DNA from: Laetmonice hystrix
Taxonomy: Eukaryota
Length of the DNA stretch: 64,000 nt
Reading direction: 5' to 3'
Assembly: GCA_965235115.1 (NCBI GenBank)
Contig: OZ249436.1
Location: 21,826,001-21,890,000, forward strand
How positions within the stretch are numbered: position 1 is the first letter of the stretch; every line of letters starts with the position of its first letter. This document shows positions 1-11,741 of the stretch, piece by piece. Under the pieces are notes generated by a model, which searched no databases, was not told the origin of the DNA, and saw nothing but the letters and a program-made list of their open reading frames with translations. A program made the translations under genes and the position numbers.

Positions 1-292
1 ACAAATGGCTAATTTCAACCCTATCTCCCTGAAGATTGATGTTGGGGGGCATTAAAATCTGAACCGAAATGTGGTTAATATTTGGTTGTTGAATAAGGTA
101 GTGTAATTGATAGGCTAATCTATGGACACGAAAATAAATCTTTTTAGAGGAACCTGGCAAACGAAGACTTAGAACCCCATAGTGTGAATCTCCCCACCTG
201 GCCTCTGTCCACAGGAGGCACCCTCCACAAACGAGTCTACGTTTACTCAGTAACCTGCCCTGTACTTCTGTGACAGCCTGCCGCGGCTCCAT
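1..292 (-). CDS. His-Cys box endonuclease, 5' part (cut by window edge)
   Basis: Same sequence as 2545-2836. Confidence 0.75.
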   Translation of the reverse strand, partial: MEPRQAVTEVQGRLLSKRRLVCGGCLLWTEARWGDSHYGVLSLRLPGSSKKIYFRVHRLAYQLHYLIQQPNINHISVQILMPPNINLQGDRVEISHL

Positions 293-390
293 GATGCTTT
301 GGTGGGTATGGGTGACACTCTCTGAATGTTGACTTTGGCAACCAGAAGTAAAATTCCTTTGTATAGTGAGTTTCCCATCAGGCCCCTACA

Positions 391-838
391 GGTTATGATC
401 CACTATTTATTTTCTTCTATAATTTAATGTAATGTTTTGGCCATTTTCAATGTTTAAAATAATTTCTGCGAATGTCTGCTTGGCATGGCAGGTTAGATAT
501 GCATGTTTCCGACAATAAAAACTCAATTTACGTATAGGTTGAATGATTAGATTTTATTTTATCGGAGCTTCTGTTACATGACCCCAGGTGGCACCACCAA
601 ATCGACCAGAATACAGGCCTGTGATACATAACATATTGGCTAAGATTTTCCAAGGAAAGTTAAGCAGATATTCTCTAATAATACACTGATATTATTGATC
701 ATATAGTGAACTTTTTCTCTGTGGTATTTGATGAGCACATTCAGGGGGGTTATATCCATTCTTGGCCCTAGATACATTCACTCCATACCATTTTGAGGGA
801 CAACCAGCAGCCCATTGGCTAAATAGGGGGTCATGACC
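391..838 (+). repeat. LTDR copy 1 (448 bp, imperfect ~19-bp TIRs)
   Basis: Starts ggttatgatccactattta and ends taaatagggggtcatgacc (revcomp ggtcatgaccccctattta, 16/19 match). TACA lies on both sides. The solo copies at 49.8-62.4 kb confirm the boundaries. Confidence 0.92.
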
Positions 839-1454
839 TACAGATCAAGACCCATCACCCCGAATCTGTTCAAAATTGGACCCCTTTAATGGTTATATGT
901 TTGCAACAACCACACAAAATATAAATGGTGTAGACTAAATGAAGACTGAGTTATCGATCATATACAATATGGACACTCGGAGATAAAAAAAACCCTATTT
1001 TGCCCTGCACTCATAGCAGTATTCTGACTTTGTGCACAAATTAGACAATGAATAAATTCATCTATGAACTTCTCATTTTAGTTATGTATTAAGCCAACAT
1101 GTAAAGTGTTCAAAAGTTGAAATTAATAAATATAAAGTGAGAATCTTCATTCCCTATGAAGCATGTGAGTACCCCCTGTCATATTTTCAGTAAAAAAAAA
1201 GGTCCACTTTATTATATTTATCCCCATATCTCCCTATGTTGGATTTCAAAAGTGTCAAATTCAGTTGAGGGAATATGGGAAGGATGTTAACTTCAAAGAA
1301 ACATCAAAAGAGATGTACTCCAAGTGTCTGTGTGGATGTATGGACCCCTCAAAGGTGGTCACCCACCCCAGGCAGGAAGCCTAGGTTAATAGGGGGAGGG
1401 GTTCAAAGGTGCCACTTGAGAGTCTGAGCTGCCTGGGAAGAGGGTGGGAGTGGG

Positions 1455-1488
1455 TATATATGAAGCCAACAGGCAGATCAAACTCAGT
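1455..1488 (+). promoter_or_regulatory. TATA box + initiator of the transposase transcription unit (repeated in each unit)
   Basis: TATATATGAA at 1455 and TCAGT Inr at 1484-1488, ~30 nt apart. Kozak-like accATG follows at 1566. Confidence 0.55.
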
Positions 1489-1565
1489 ATCATTTTTCTG
1501 TTTGATTAGAACAGGATTTAAAAAAAAATTCGCCTAAATTATAGAGAATTTCTTAGAAAACTACC

Positions 1566-2347
1566 ATGACATCACGTAGCAGAAAGAAGCACAGCTGGAG
1601 ACATGGCTTTCAACCTGGTAACTGCGCCTACAAGTTGAGAAAGCAGGCCGGTAGGCCTGAACCAGACGTAGGTGTCTATGTAAGACCCACCAAAGAAGAA
1701 TTCGAATTACTCCGCTCACCTACACACAGTGGAAGAGGAGATCAGGCTGCAGCCACCATCACCGACAGTGAGGGCCGGCTGTGCAAGGCAAGGCCTTGCA
1801 AACAAAAAAAAAGAAAAACTGGCTGTCACACAGTGCATTCCTGCCTGAGGGCTTTGGCCTTACATGCACGGATGGTGACAAGGAGAAACTGGTCAGACTG
1901 ATTGAATACAGGCTGGGCCAGAAAGTCCTGGAAAAGACCAAACACCTGTTAACCACCCAGAAATGTGAAGCTGTCAACAGGGCCATAAGCAGTACAACAC
2001 CCAAGAACAAAACATTTTCAAGGAACTTTGCTGCCAGAGTGCACTGTGCTGTGAATGCTGTGAATCGAGGGATTGGTGATTCAATCCTGAGTCAAACAGA
2101 GTTTGTGGGAGCCCCAGTCACTCCTGGTACACGGGTGACACGTGGCCTGCTGCGACGTCAGCAGCAGGACATGGCCAGAAAACTTGCCAGGGGGTCAACA
2201 AAGAAAAAGAATGCACGAATCAACAAAAGAAGGACACTTTTTAAGCTTAAGGACACCTGCGAACCACAGGATTCTAAAACTTATTACCAGAAAAATCTTG
2301 CCTTGAAACAGACTCAGCACAGTGACCATACCTACACAAAAATGTGA
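1566..2347 (+). pseudogene. Internally deleted, out-of-frame Kolobok-type DDD/E transposase
   Basis: The basic N-terminal ORF (1566) overlaps a -1-frame ORF with YRLG..LEKT..TTQKCEAVNRAISSTTPKNKTFSRNFAARVHCAVNAVNRG. This resembles the last catalytic Glu region of Kolobok/Mutator-like transposases. The total is only ~260 codons and no Asp-containing core is visible. Confidence 0.72.
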
Positions 2348-2419
2348 ACATAAATTATGGCGGTGAGAGAGCTCGGGGTTAGACCTAAACTAAAGCTACA
2401 CCTACCAGGAAAAAAACAG

Positions 2420-2836
2420 TTAGGGGGGCCTAGGGGTGTGTTCCCGGGTGCAAACTTGCTGTGCATTACAAACACGTCTTGCAGCATTCACTGGACGTGG
2501 CTCAAGGGTCAGGTGGGAGGGATTCACACACAGGGTTTGGTGGCACAAATGGCTAATTTCAACCCTATCTCCCTGAAGATTGATGTTGGGGGGCATTAAA
2601 ATCTGAACCGAAATGTGGTTAATATTTGGTTGTTGAATAAGGTAGTGTAATTGATAGGCTAATCTATGGACACGAAAATAAATCTTTTTAGAGGAACCTG
2701 GCAAACGAAGACTTAGAACCCCATAGTGTGAATCTCCCCACCTGGCCTCTGTCCACAGGAGGCACCCTCCACAAACGAGTCTACGTTTACTCAGTAACCT
2801 GCCCTGTACTTCTGTGACAGCCTGCCGCGGCTCCAT
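2420..2836 (-). CDS. His-Me finger / His-Cys box (I-PpoI-like) endonuclease, 138 aa
   Basis: Motifs CLLW..YG..RVHRLAY..EISHLCHQTLCVNPSHLTLEPRPVNAARRVC..C..H match the zinc-binding loop of His-Cys box homing endonucleases (SHLCH..CVNP.HL..E...N..R..C). Confidence 0.88.
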   Translation of the reverse strand: MEPRQAVTEVQGRLLSKRRLVCGGCLLWTEARWGDSHYGVLSLRLPGSSKKIYFRVHRLAYQLHYLIQQPNINHISVQILMPPNINLQGDRVEISHLCHQTLCVNPSHLTLEPRPVNAARRVCNAQQVCTREHTPRPP

Positions 2837-2934
2837 GATGCTTTGGTGGGTATGGGTGACACTCTCTGAATGTTGACTTTGGCAACCAGAAGTAAAATTC
2901 CTTTGTATAGTGAGTTTCCCATCAGGCCCCTACA

Positions 2935-3382
2935 GGTTATGATCCACTATTTATTTTCTTCTATAATTTAATGTAATGTTTTGGCCATTTTCAATGTTTA
3001 AAATAATTTCTGCGAATGTCTGCTTGGCATGGCAGGTTAGATATGCATGTTTCCGACAATAAAAACTCAATTTACGTATAGGTTGAATGATTAGATTTTA
3101 TTTTATCGGAGCTTCTGTTACATGACCCCAGGTGGCACCACCAAATCGACCAGAATACAGGCCTGTGATACATAACATATTGGCTAAGATTTTCCAAGGA
3201 AAGTTAAGCAGATATTCTCTAATAATACACTGATATTATTGATCATATAGTGAACTTTTTCTCTGTGGTATTTGATGAGCACATTCAGGGGGGTTATATC
3301 CATTCTTGGCCCTAGATACATTCACTCCATACCATTTTGAGGGACAACCAGCAGCCCATTGGCTAAATAGGGGGTCATGACC
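2935..3382 (+). repeat. LTDR copy 2
   Basis: Same sequence as 391-838. Confidence 0.92.
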
Positions 3383-4109
3383 TACAGATCAAGACCCATC
3401 ACCCCGAATCTGTTCAAAATTGGACCCCTTTAATGGTTATATGTTTGCAACAACCACACAAAATATAAATGGTGTAGACTAAATGAAGACTGAGTTATCG
3501 ATCATATACAATATGGACACTCGGAGATAAAAAAAACCCTATTTTGCCCTGCACTCATAGCAGTATTCTGACTTTGTGCACAAATTAGACAATGAATAAA
3601 TTCATCTATGAACTTCTCATTTTAGTTATGTATTAAGCCAACATGTAAAGTGTTCAAAAGTTGAAATTAATAAATATAAAGTGAGAATCTTCATTCCCTA
3701 TGAAGCATGTGAGTACCCCCTGTCATATTTTCAGTAAAAAAAAAGGTCCACTTTATTATATTTATCCCCATATCTCCCTATGTTGGATTTCAAAAGTGTC
3801 AAATTCAGTTGAGGGAATATGGGAAGGATGTTAACTTCAAAGAAACATCAAAAGAGATGTACTCCAAGTGTCTGTGTGGATGTATGGACCCCTCAAAGGT
3901 GGTCACCCACCCCAGGCAGGAAGCCTAGGTTAATAGGGGGAGGGGTTCAAAGGTGCCACTTGAGAGTCTGAGCTGCCTGGGAAGAGGGTGGGAGTGGGTA
4001 TATATGAAGCCAACAGGCAGATCAAACTCAGTATCATTTTTCTGTTTGATTAGAACAGGATTTAAAAAAAAATTCGCCTAAATTATAGAGAATTTCTTAG
4101 AAAACTACC

Positions 4110-4891
4110 ATGACATCACGTAGCAGAAAGAAGCACAGCTGGAGACATGGCTTTCAACCTGGTAACTGCGCCTACAAGTTGAGAAAGCAGGCCGGTAGGC
4201 CTGAACCAGACGTAGGTGTCTATGTAAGACCCACCAAAGAAGAATTCGAATTACTCCGCTCACCTACACACAGTGGAAGAGGAGATCAGGCTGCAGCCAC
4301 CATCACCGACAGTGAGGGCCGGCTGTGCAAGGCAAGGCCTTGCAAACAAAAAAAAAGAAAAACTGGCTGTCACACAGTGCATTCCTGCCTGAGGGCTTTG
4401 GCCTTACATGCACGGATGGTGACAAGGAGAAACTGGTCAGACTGATTGAATACAGGCTGGGCCAGAAAGTCCTGGAAAAGACCAAACACCTGTTAACCAC
4501 CCAGAAATGTGAAGCTGTCAACAGGGCCATAAGCAGTACAACACCCAAGAACAAAACATTTTCAAGGAACTTTGCTGCCAGAGTGCACTGTGCTGTGAAT
4601 GCTGTGAATCGAGGGATTGGTGATTCAATCCTGAGTCAAACAGAGTTTGTGGGAGCCCCAGTCACTCCTGGTACACGGGTGACACGTGGCCTGCTGCGAC
4701 GTCAGCAGCAGGACATGGCCAGAAAACTTGCCAGGGGGTCAACAAAGAAAAAGAATGCACGAATCAACAAAAGAAGGACACTTTTTAAGCTTAAGGACAC
4801 CTGCGAACCACAGGATTCTAAAACTTATTACCAGAAAAATCTTGCCTTGAAACAGACTCAGCACAGTGACCATACCTACACAAAAATGTGA
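4110..4891 (+). pseudogene. Deleted Kolobok-type transposase, copy 2
   Basis: Identical translation to 1566-2347. Confidence 0.72.
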
Positions 4892-4963
4892 ACATAAATT
4901 ATGGCGGTGAGAGAGCTCGGGGTTAGACCTAAACTAAAGCTACACCTACCAGGAAAAAAACAG

Positions 4964-5380
4964 TTAGGGGGGCCTAGGGGTGTGTTCCCGGGTGCAAACT
5001 TGCTGTGCATTACAAACACGTCTTGCAGCATTCACTGGACGTGGCTCAAGGGTCAGGTGGGAGGGATTCACACACAGGGTTTGGTGGCACAAATGGCTAA
5101 TTTCAACCCTATCTCCCTGAAGATTGATGTTGGGGGGCATTAAAATCTGAACCGAAATGTGGTTAATATTTGGTTGTTGAATAAGGTAGTGTAATTGATA
5201 GGCTAATCTATGGACACGAAAATAAATCTTTTTAGAGGAACCTGGCAAACGAAGACTTAGAACCCCATAGTGTGAATCTCCCCACCTGGCCTCTGTCCAC
5301 AGGAGGCACCCTCCACAAACGAGTCTACGTTTACTCAGTAACCTGCCCTGTACTTCTGTGACAGCCTGCCGCGGCTCCAT
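4964..5380 (-). CDS. His-Cys box endonuclease copy
   Basis: Identical to 2420-2836. Confidence 0.88.
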   Translation of the reverse strand: MEPRQAVTEVQGRLLSKRRLVCGGCLLWTEARWGDSHYGVLSLRLPGSSKKIYFRVHRLAYQLHYLIQQPNINHISVQILMPPNINLQGDRVEISHLCHQTLCVNPSHLTLEPRPVNAARRVCNAQQVCTREHTPRPP

Positions 5381-5478
5381 GATGCTTTGGTGGGTATGGG
5401 TGACACTCTCTGAATGTTGACTTTGGCAACCAGAAGTAAAATTCCTTTGTATAGTGAGTTTCCCATCAGGCCCCTACA

Positions 5479-5926
5479 GGTTATGATCCACTATTTATTT
5501 TCTTCTATAATTTAATGTAATGTTTTGGCCATTTTCAATGTTTAAAATAATTTCTGCGAATGTCTGCTTGGCATGGCAGGTTAGATATGCATGTTTCCGA
5601 CAATAAAAACTCAATTTACGTATAGGTTGAATGATTAGATTTTATTTTATCGGAGCTTCTGTTACATGACCCCAGGTGGCACCACCAAATCGACCAGAAT
5701 ACAGGCCTGTGATACATAACATATTGGCTAAGATTTTCCAAGGAAAGTTAAGCAGATATTCTCTAATAATACACTGATATTATTGATCATATAGTGAACT
5801 TTTTCTCTGTGGTATTTGATGAGCACATTCAGGGGGGTTATATCCATTCTTGGCCCTAGATACATTCACTCCATACCATTTTGAGGGACAACCAGCAGCC
5901 CATTGGCTAAATAGGGGGTCATGACC
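5479..5926 (+). repeat. LTDR copy 3
   Basis: Same sequence as 391-838. Confidence 0.92.
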
Positions 5927-6653
5927 TACAGATCAAGACCCATCACCCCGAATCTGTTCAAAATTGGACCCCTTTAATGGTTATATGTTTGCAACAACCA
6001 CACAAAATATAAATGGTGTAGACTAAATGAAGACTGAGTTATCGATCATATACAATATGGACACTCGGAGATAAAAAAAACCCTATTTTGCCCTGCACTC
6101 ATAGCAGTATTCTGACTTTGTGCACAAATTAGACAATGAATAAATTCATCTATGAACTTCTCATTTTAGTTATGTATTAAGCCAACATGTAAAGTGTTCA
6201 AAAGTTGAAATTAATAAATATAAAGTGAGAATCTTCATTCCCTATGAAGCATGTGAGTACCCCCTGTCATATTTTCAGTAAAAAAAAAGGTCCACTTTAT
6301 TATATTTATCCCCATATCTCCCTATGTTGGATTTCAAAAGTGTCAAATTCAGTTGAGGGAATATGGGAAGGATGTTAACTTCAAAGAAACATCAAAAGAG
6401 ATGTACTCCAAGTGTCTGTGTGGATGTATGGACCCCTCAAAGGTGGTCACCCACCCCAGGCAGGAAGCCTAGGTTAATAGGGGGAGGGGTTCAAAGGTGC
6501 CACTTGAGAGTCTGAGCTGCCTGGGAAGAGGGTGGGAGTGGGTATATATGAAGCCAACAGGCAGATCAAACTCAGTATCATTTTTCTGTTTGATTAGAAC
6601 AGGATTTAAAAAAAAATTCGCCTAAATTATAGAGAATTTCTTAGAAAACTACC

Positions 6654-7435
6654 ATGACATCACGTAGCAGAAAGAAGCACAGCTGGAGACATGGCTTTCA
6701 ACCTGGTAACTGCGCCTACAAGTTGAGAAAGCAGGCCGGTAGGCCTGAACCAGACGTAGGTGTCTATGTAAGACCCACCAAAGAAGAATTCGAATTACTC
6801 CGCTCACCTACACACAGTGGAAGAGGAGATCAGGCTGCAGCCACCATCACCGACAGTGAGGGCCGGCTGTGCAAGGCAAGGCCTTGCAAACAAAAAAAAA
6901 GAAAAACTGGCTGTCACACAGTGCATTCCTGCCTGAGGGCTTTGGCCTTACATGCACGGATGGTGACAAGGAGAAACTGGTCAGACTGATTGAATACAGG
7001 CTGGGCCAGAAAGTCCTGGAAAAGACCAAACACCTGTTAACCACCCAGAAATGTGAAGCTGTCAACAGGGCCATAAGCAGTACAACACCCAAGAACAAAA
7101 CATTTTCAAGGAACTTTGCTGCCAGAGTGCACTGTGCTGTGAATGCTGTGAATCGAGGGATTGGTGATTCAATCCTGAGTCAAACAGAGTTTGTGGGAGC
7201 CCCAGTCACTCCTGGTACACGGGTGACACGTGGCCTGCTGCGACGTCAGCAGCAGGACATGGCCAGAAAACTTGCCAGGGGGTCAACAAAGAAAAAGAAT
7301 GCACGAATCAACAAAAGAAGGACACTTTTTAAGCTTAAGGACACCTGCGAACCACAGGATTCTAAAACTTATTACCAGAAAAATCTTGCCTTGAAACAGA
7401 CTCAGCACAGTGACCATACCTACACAAAAATGTGA
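6654..7435 (+). pseudogene. Deleted Kolobok-type transposase, copy 3
   Basis: Identical translation to 1566-2347. Confidence 0.72.
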
Positions 7436-7507
7436 ACATAAATTATGGCGGTGAGAGAGCTCGGGGTTAGACCTAAACTAAAGCTACACCTACCAGGAAA
7501 AAAACAG

Positions 7508-7924
7508 TTAGGGGGGCCTAGGGGTGTGTTCCCGGGTGCAAACTTGCTGTGCATTACAAACACGTCTTGCAGCATTCACTGGACGTGGCTCAAGGGTCAG
7601 GTGGGAGGGATTCACACACAGGGTTTGGTGGCACAAATGGCTAATTTCAACCCTATCTCCCTGAAGATTGATGTTGGGGGGCATTAAAATCTGAACCGAA
7701 ATGTGGTTAATATTTGGTTGTTGAATAAGGTAGTGTAATTGATAGGCTAATCTATGGACACGAAAATAAATCTTTTTAGAGGAACCTGGCAAACGAAGAC
7801 TTAGAACCCCATAGTGTGAATCTCCCCACCTGGCCTCTGTCCACAGGAGGCACCCTCCACAAACGAGTCTACGTTTACTCAGTAACCTGCCCTGTACTTC
7901 TGTGACAGCCTGCCGCGGCTCCAT
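7508..7924 (-). CDS. His-Cys box endonuclease copy
   Basis: Identical to 2420-2836. Confidence 0.88.
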   Translation of the reverse strand: MEPRQAVTEVQGRLLSKRRLVCGGCLLWTEARWGDSHYGVLSLRLPGSSKKIYFRVHRLAYQLHYLIQQPNINHISVQILMPPNINLQGDRVEISHLCHQTLCVNPSHLTLEPRPVNAARRVCNAQQVCTREHTPRPP

Positions 7925-8022
7925 GATGCTTTGGTGGGTATGGGTGACACTCTCTGAATGTTGACTTTGGCAACCAGAAGTAAAATTCCTTTGTATAGTG
8001 AGTTTCCCATCAGGCCCCTACA

Positions 8023-8470
8023 GGTTATGATCCACTATTTATTTTCTTCTATAATTTAATGTAATGTTTTGGCCATTTTCAATGTTTAAAATAATTTCTG
8101 CGAATGTCTGCTTGGCATGGCAGGTTAGATATGCATGTTTCCGACAATAAAAACTCAATTTACGTATAGGTTGAATGATTAGATTTTATTTTATCGGAGC
8201 TTCTGTTACATGACCCCAGGTGGCACCACCAAATCGACCAGAATACAGGCCTGTGATACATAACATATTGGCTAAGATTTTCCAAGGAAAGTTAAGCAGA
8301 TATTCTCTAATAATACACTGATATTATTGATCATATAGTGAACTTTTTCTCTGTGGTATTTGATGAGCACATTCAGGGGGGTTATATCCATTCTTGGCCC
8401 TAGATACATTCACTCCATACCATTTTGAGGGACAACCAGCAGCCCATTGGCTAAATAGGGGGTCATGACC
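8023..8470 (+). repeat. LTDR copy 4
   Basis: Same sequence as 391-838. Confidence 0.92.
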
Positions 8471-9197
8471 TACAGATCAAGACCCATCACCCCGAATCTG
8501 TTCAAAATTGGACCCCTTTAATGGTTATATGTTTGCAACAACCACACAAAATATAAATGGTGTAGACTAAATGAAGACTGAGTTATCGATCATATACAAT
8601 ATGGACACTCGGAGATAAAAAAAACCCTATTTTGCCCTGCACTCATAGCAGTATTCTGACTTTGTGCACAAATTAGACAATGAATAAATTCATCTATGAA
8701 CTTCTCATTTTAGTTATGTATTAAGCCAACATGTAAAGTGTTCAAAAGTTGAAATTAATAAATATAAAGTGAGAATCTTCATTCCCTATGAAGCATGTGA
8801 GTACCCCCTGTCATATTTTCAGTAAAAAAAAAGGTCCACTTTATTATATTTATCCCCATATCTCCCTATGTTGGATTTCAAAAGTGTCAAATTCAGTTGA
8901 GGGAATATGGGAAGGATGTTAACTTCAAAGAAACATCAAAAGAGATGTACTCCAAGTGTCTGTGTGGATGTATGGACCCCTCAAAGGTGGTCACCCACCC
9001 CAGGCAGGAAGCCTAGGTTAATAGGGGGAGGGGTTCAAAGGTGCCACTTGAGAGTCTGAGCTGCCTGGGAAGAGGGTGGGAGTGGGTATATATGAAGCCA
9101 ACAGGCAGATCAAACTCAGTATCATTTTTCTGTTTGATTAGAACAGGATTTAAAAAAAAATTCGCCTAAATTATAGAGAATTTCTTAGAAAACTACC

Positions 9198-9979
9198 ATG
9201 ACATCACGTAGCAGAAAGAAGCACAGCTGGAGACATGGCTTTCAACCTGGTAACTGCGCCTACAAGTTGAGAAAGCAGGCCGGTAGGCCTGAACCAGACG
9301 TAGGTGTCTATGTAAGACCCACCAAAGAAGAATTCGAATTACTCCGCTCACCTACACACAGTGGAAGAGGAGATCAGGCTGCAGCCACCATCACCGACAG
9401 TGAGGGCCGGCTGTGCAAGGCAAGGCCTTGCAAACAAAAAAAAAGAAAAACTGGCTGTCACACAGTGCATTCCTGCCTGAGGGCTTTGGCCTTACATGCA
9501 CGGATGGTGACAAGGAGAAACTGGTCAGACTGATTGAATACAGGCTGGGCCAGAAAGTCCTGGAAAAGACCAAACACCTGTTAACCACCCAGAAATGTGA
9601 AGCTGTCAACAGGGCCATAAGCAGTACAACACCCAAGAACAAAACATTTTCAAGGAACTTTGCTGCCAGAGTGCACTGTGCTGTGAATGCTGTGAATCGA
9701 GGGATTGGTGATTCAATCCTGAGTCAAACAGAGTTTGTGGGAGCCCCAGTCACTCCTGGTACACGGGTGACACGTGGCCTGCTGCGACGTCAGCAGCAGG
9801 ACATGGCCAGAAAACTTGCCAGGGGGTCAACAAAGAAAAAGAATGCACGAATCAACAAAAGAAGGACACTTTTTAAGCTTAAGGACACCTGCGAACCACA
9901 GGATTCTAAAACTTATTACCAGAAAAATCTTGCCTTGAAACAGACTCAGCACAGTGACCATACCTACACAAAAATGTGA
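9198..9979 (+). pseudogene. Deleted Kolobok-type transposase, copy 4
   Basis: Identical translation to 1566-2347. Confidence 0.72.
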
Positions 9980-10051
9980 ACATAAATTATGGCGGTGAGA
10001 GAGCTCGGGGTTAGACCTAAACTAAAGCTACACCTACCAGGAAAAAAACAG

Positions 10052-10468
10052 TTAGGGGGGCCTAGGGGTGTGTTCCCGGGTGCAAACTTGCTGTGCATTA
10101 CAAACACGTCTTGCAGCATTCACTGGACGTGGCTCAAGGGTCAGGTGGGAGGGATTCACACACAGGGTTTGGTGGCACAAATGGCTAATTTCAACCCTAT
10201 CTCCCTGAAGATTGATGTTGGGGGGCATTAAAATCTGAACCGAAATGTGGTTAATATTTGGTTGTTGAATAAGGTAGTGTAATTGATAGGCTAATCTATG
10301 GACACGAAAATAAATCTTTTTAGAGGAACCTGGCAAACGAAGACTTAGAACCCCATAGTGTGAATCTCCCCACCTGGCCTCTGTCCACAGGAGGCACCCT
10401 CCACAAACGAGTCTACGTTTACTCAGTAACCTGCCCTGTACTTCTGTGACAGCCTGCCGCGGCTCCAT
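10052..10468 (-). CDS. His-Cys box endonuclease copy
   Basis: Identical to 2420-2836. Confidence 0.88.
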   Translation of the reverse strand: MEPRQAVTEVQGRLLSKRRLVCGGCLLWTEARWGDSHYGVLSLRLPGSSKKIYFRVHRLAYQLHYLIQQPNINHISVQILMPPNINLQGDRVEISHLCHQTLCVNPSHLTLEPRPVNAARRVCNAQQVCTREHTPRPP

Positions 10469-10566
10469 GATGCTTTGGTGGGTATGGGTGACACTCTCTG
10501 AATGTTGACTTTGGCAACCAGAAGTAAAATTCCTTTGTATAGTGAGTTTCCCATCAGGCCCCTACA

Positions 10567-11014
10567 GGTTATGATCCACTATTTATTTTCTTCTATAATT
10601 TAATGTAATGTTTTGGCCATTTTCAATGTTTAAAATAATTTCTGCGAATGTCTGCTTGGCATGGCAGGTTAGATATGCATGTTTCCGACAATAAAAACTC
10701 AATTTACGTATAGGTTGAATGATTAGATTTTATTTTATCGGAGCTTCTGTTACATGACCCCAGGTGGCACCACCAAATCGACCAGAATACAGGCCTGTGA
10801 TACATAACATATTGGCTAAGATTTTCCAAGGAAAGTTAAGCAGATATTCTCTAATAATACACTGATATTATTGATCATATAGTGAACTTTTTCTCTGTGG
10901 TATTTGATGAGCACATTCAGGGGGGTTATATCCATTCTTGGCCCTAGATACATTCACTCCATACCATTTTGAGGGACAACCAGCAGCCCATTGGCTAAAT
11001 AGGGGGTCATGACC
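10567..11014 (+). repeat. LTDR copy 5
   Basis: Same sequence as 391-838. Confidence 0.92.
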
Positions 11015-11741
11015 TACAGATCAAGACCCATCACCCCGAATCTGTTCAAAATTGGACCCCTTTAATGGTTATATGTTTGCAACAACCACACAAAATATAA
11101 ATGGTGTAGACTAAATGAAGACTGAGTTATCGATCATATACAATATGGACACTCGGAGATAAAAAAAACCCTATTTTGCCCTGCACTCATAGCAGTATTC
11201 TGACTTTGTGCACAAATTAGACAATGAATAAATTCATCTATGAACTTCTCATTTTAGTTATGTATTAAGCCAACATGTAAAGTGTTCAAAAGTTGAAATT
11301 AATAAATATAAAGTGAGAATCTTCATTCCCTATGAAGCATGTGAGTACCCCCTGTCATATTTTCAGTAAAAAAAAAGGTCCACTTTATTATATTTATCCC
11401 CATATCTCCCTATGTTGGATTTCAAAAGTGTCAAATTCAGTTGAGGGAATATGGGAAGGATGTTAACTTCAAAGAAACATCAAAAGAGATGTACTCCAAG
11501 TGTCTGTGTGGATGTATGGACCCCTCAAAGGTGGTCACCCACCCCAGGCAGGAAGCCTAGGTTAATAGGGGGAGGGGTTCAAAGGTGCCACTTGAGAGTC
11601 TGAGCTGCCTGGGAAGAGGGTGGGAGTGGGTATATATGAAGCCAACAGGCAGATCAAACTCAGTATCATTTTTCTGTTTGATTAGAACAGGATTTAAAAA
11701 AAAATTCGCCTAAATTATAGAGAATTTCTTAGAAAACTACC

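Larger units (their letters stand above)
391..3382 (+). mobile_element. One LTDR-internal-LTDR unit of a KolobokP-like composite DNA transposon (internally deleted)
   Basis: 448-bp direct repeats (391-838, 2935-3382), each with TIRs, enclose a transposase remnant and a convergent His-Me finger nuclease ORF. The architecture matches KolobokP as recalled. Confidence 0.8.

Noticed and set aside
2357..2599. 80-aa plus-strand ORF and 83-aa minus-strand ORF (1759-2010) in each unit
   Set aside because: They are antisense overlaps of the nuclease and transposase ORFs and show no motifs.
2420..2836. Group I intron / rDNA context for the homing endonuclease
   Set aside because: No rRNA sequence or recognisable intron core is nearby, and the context is a TIR/LTDR transposon.
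391..3382. LTR retrotransposon (TRIM/LARD) interpretation of the direct repeats
   Set aside because: The termini are GG..CC with ~19-bp TIRs rather than TG..CA, no gag/RT is present, and the cargo resembles a DNA transposase.
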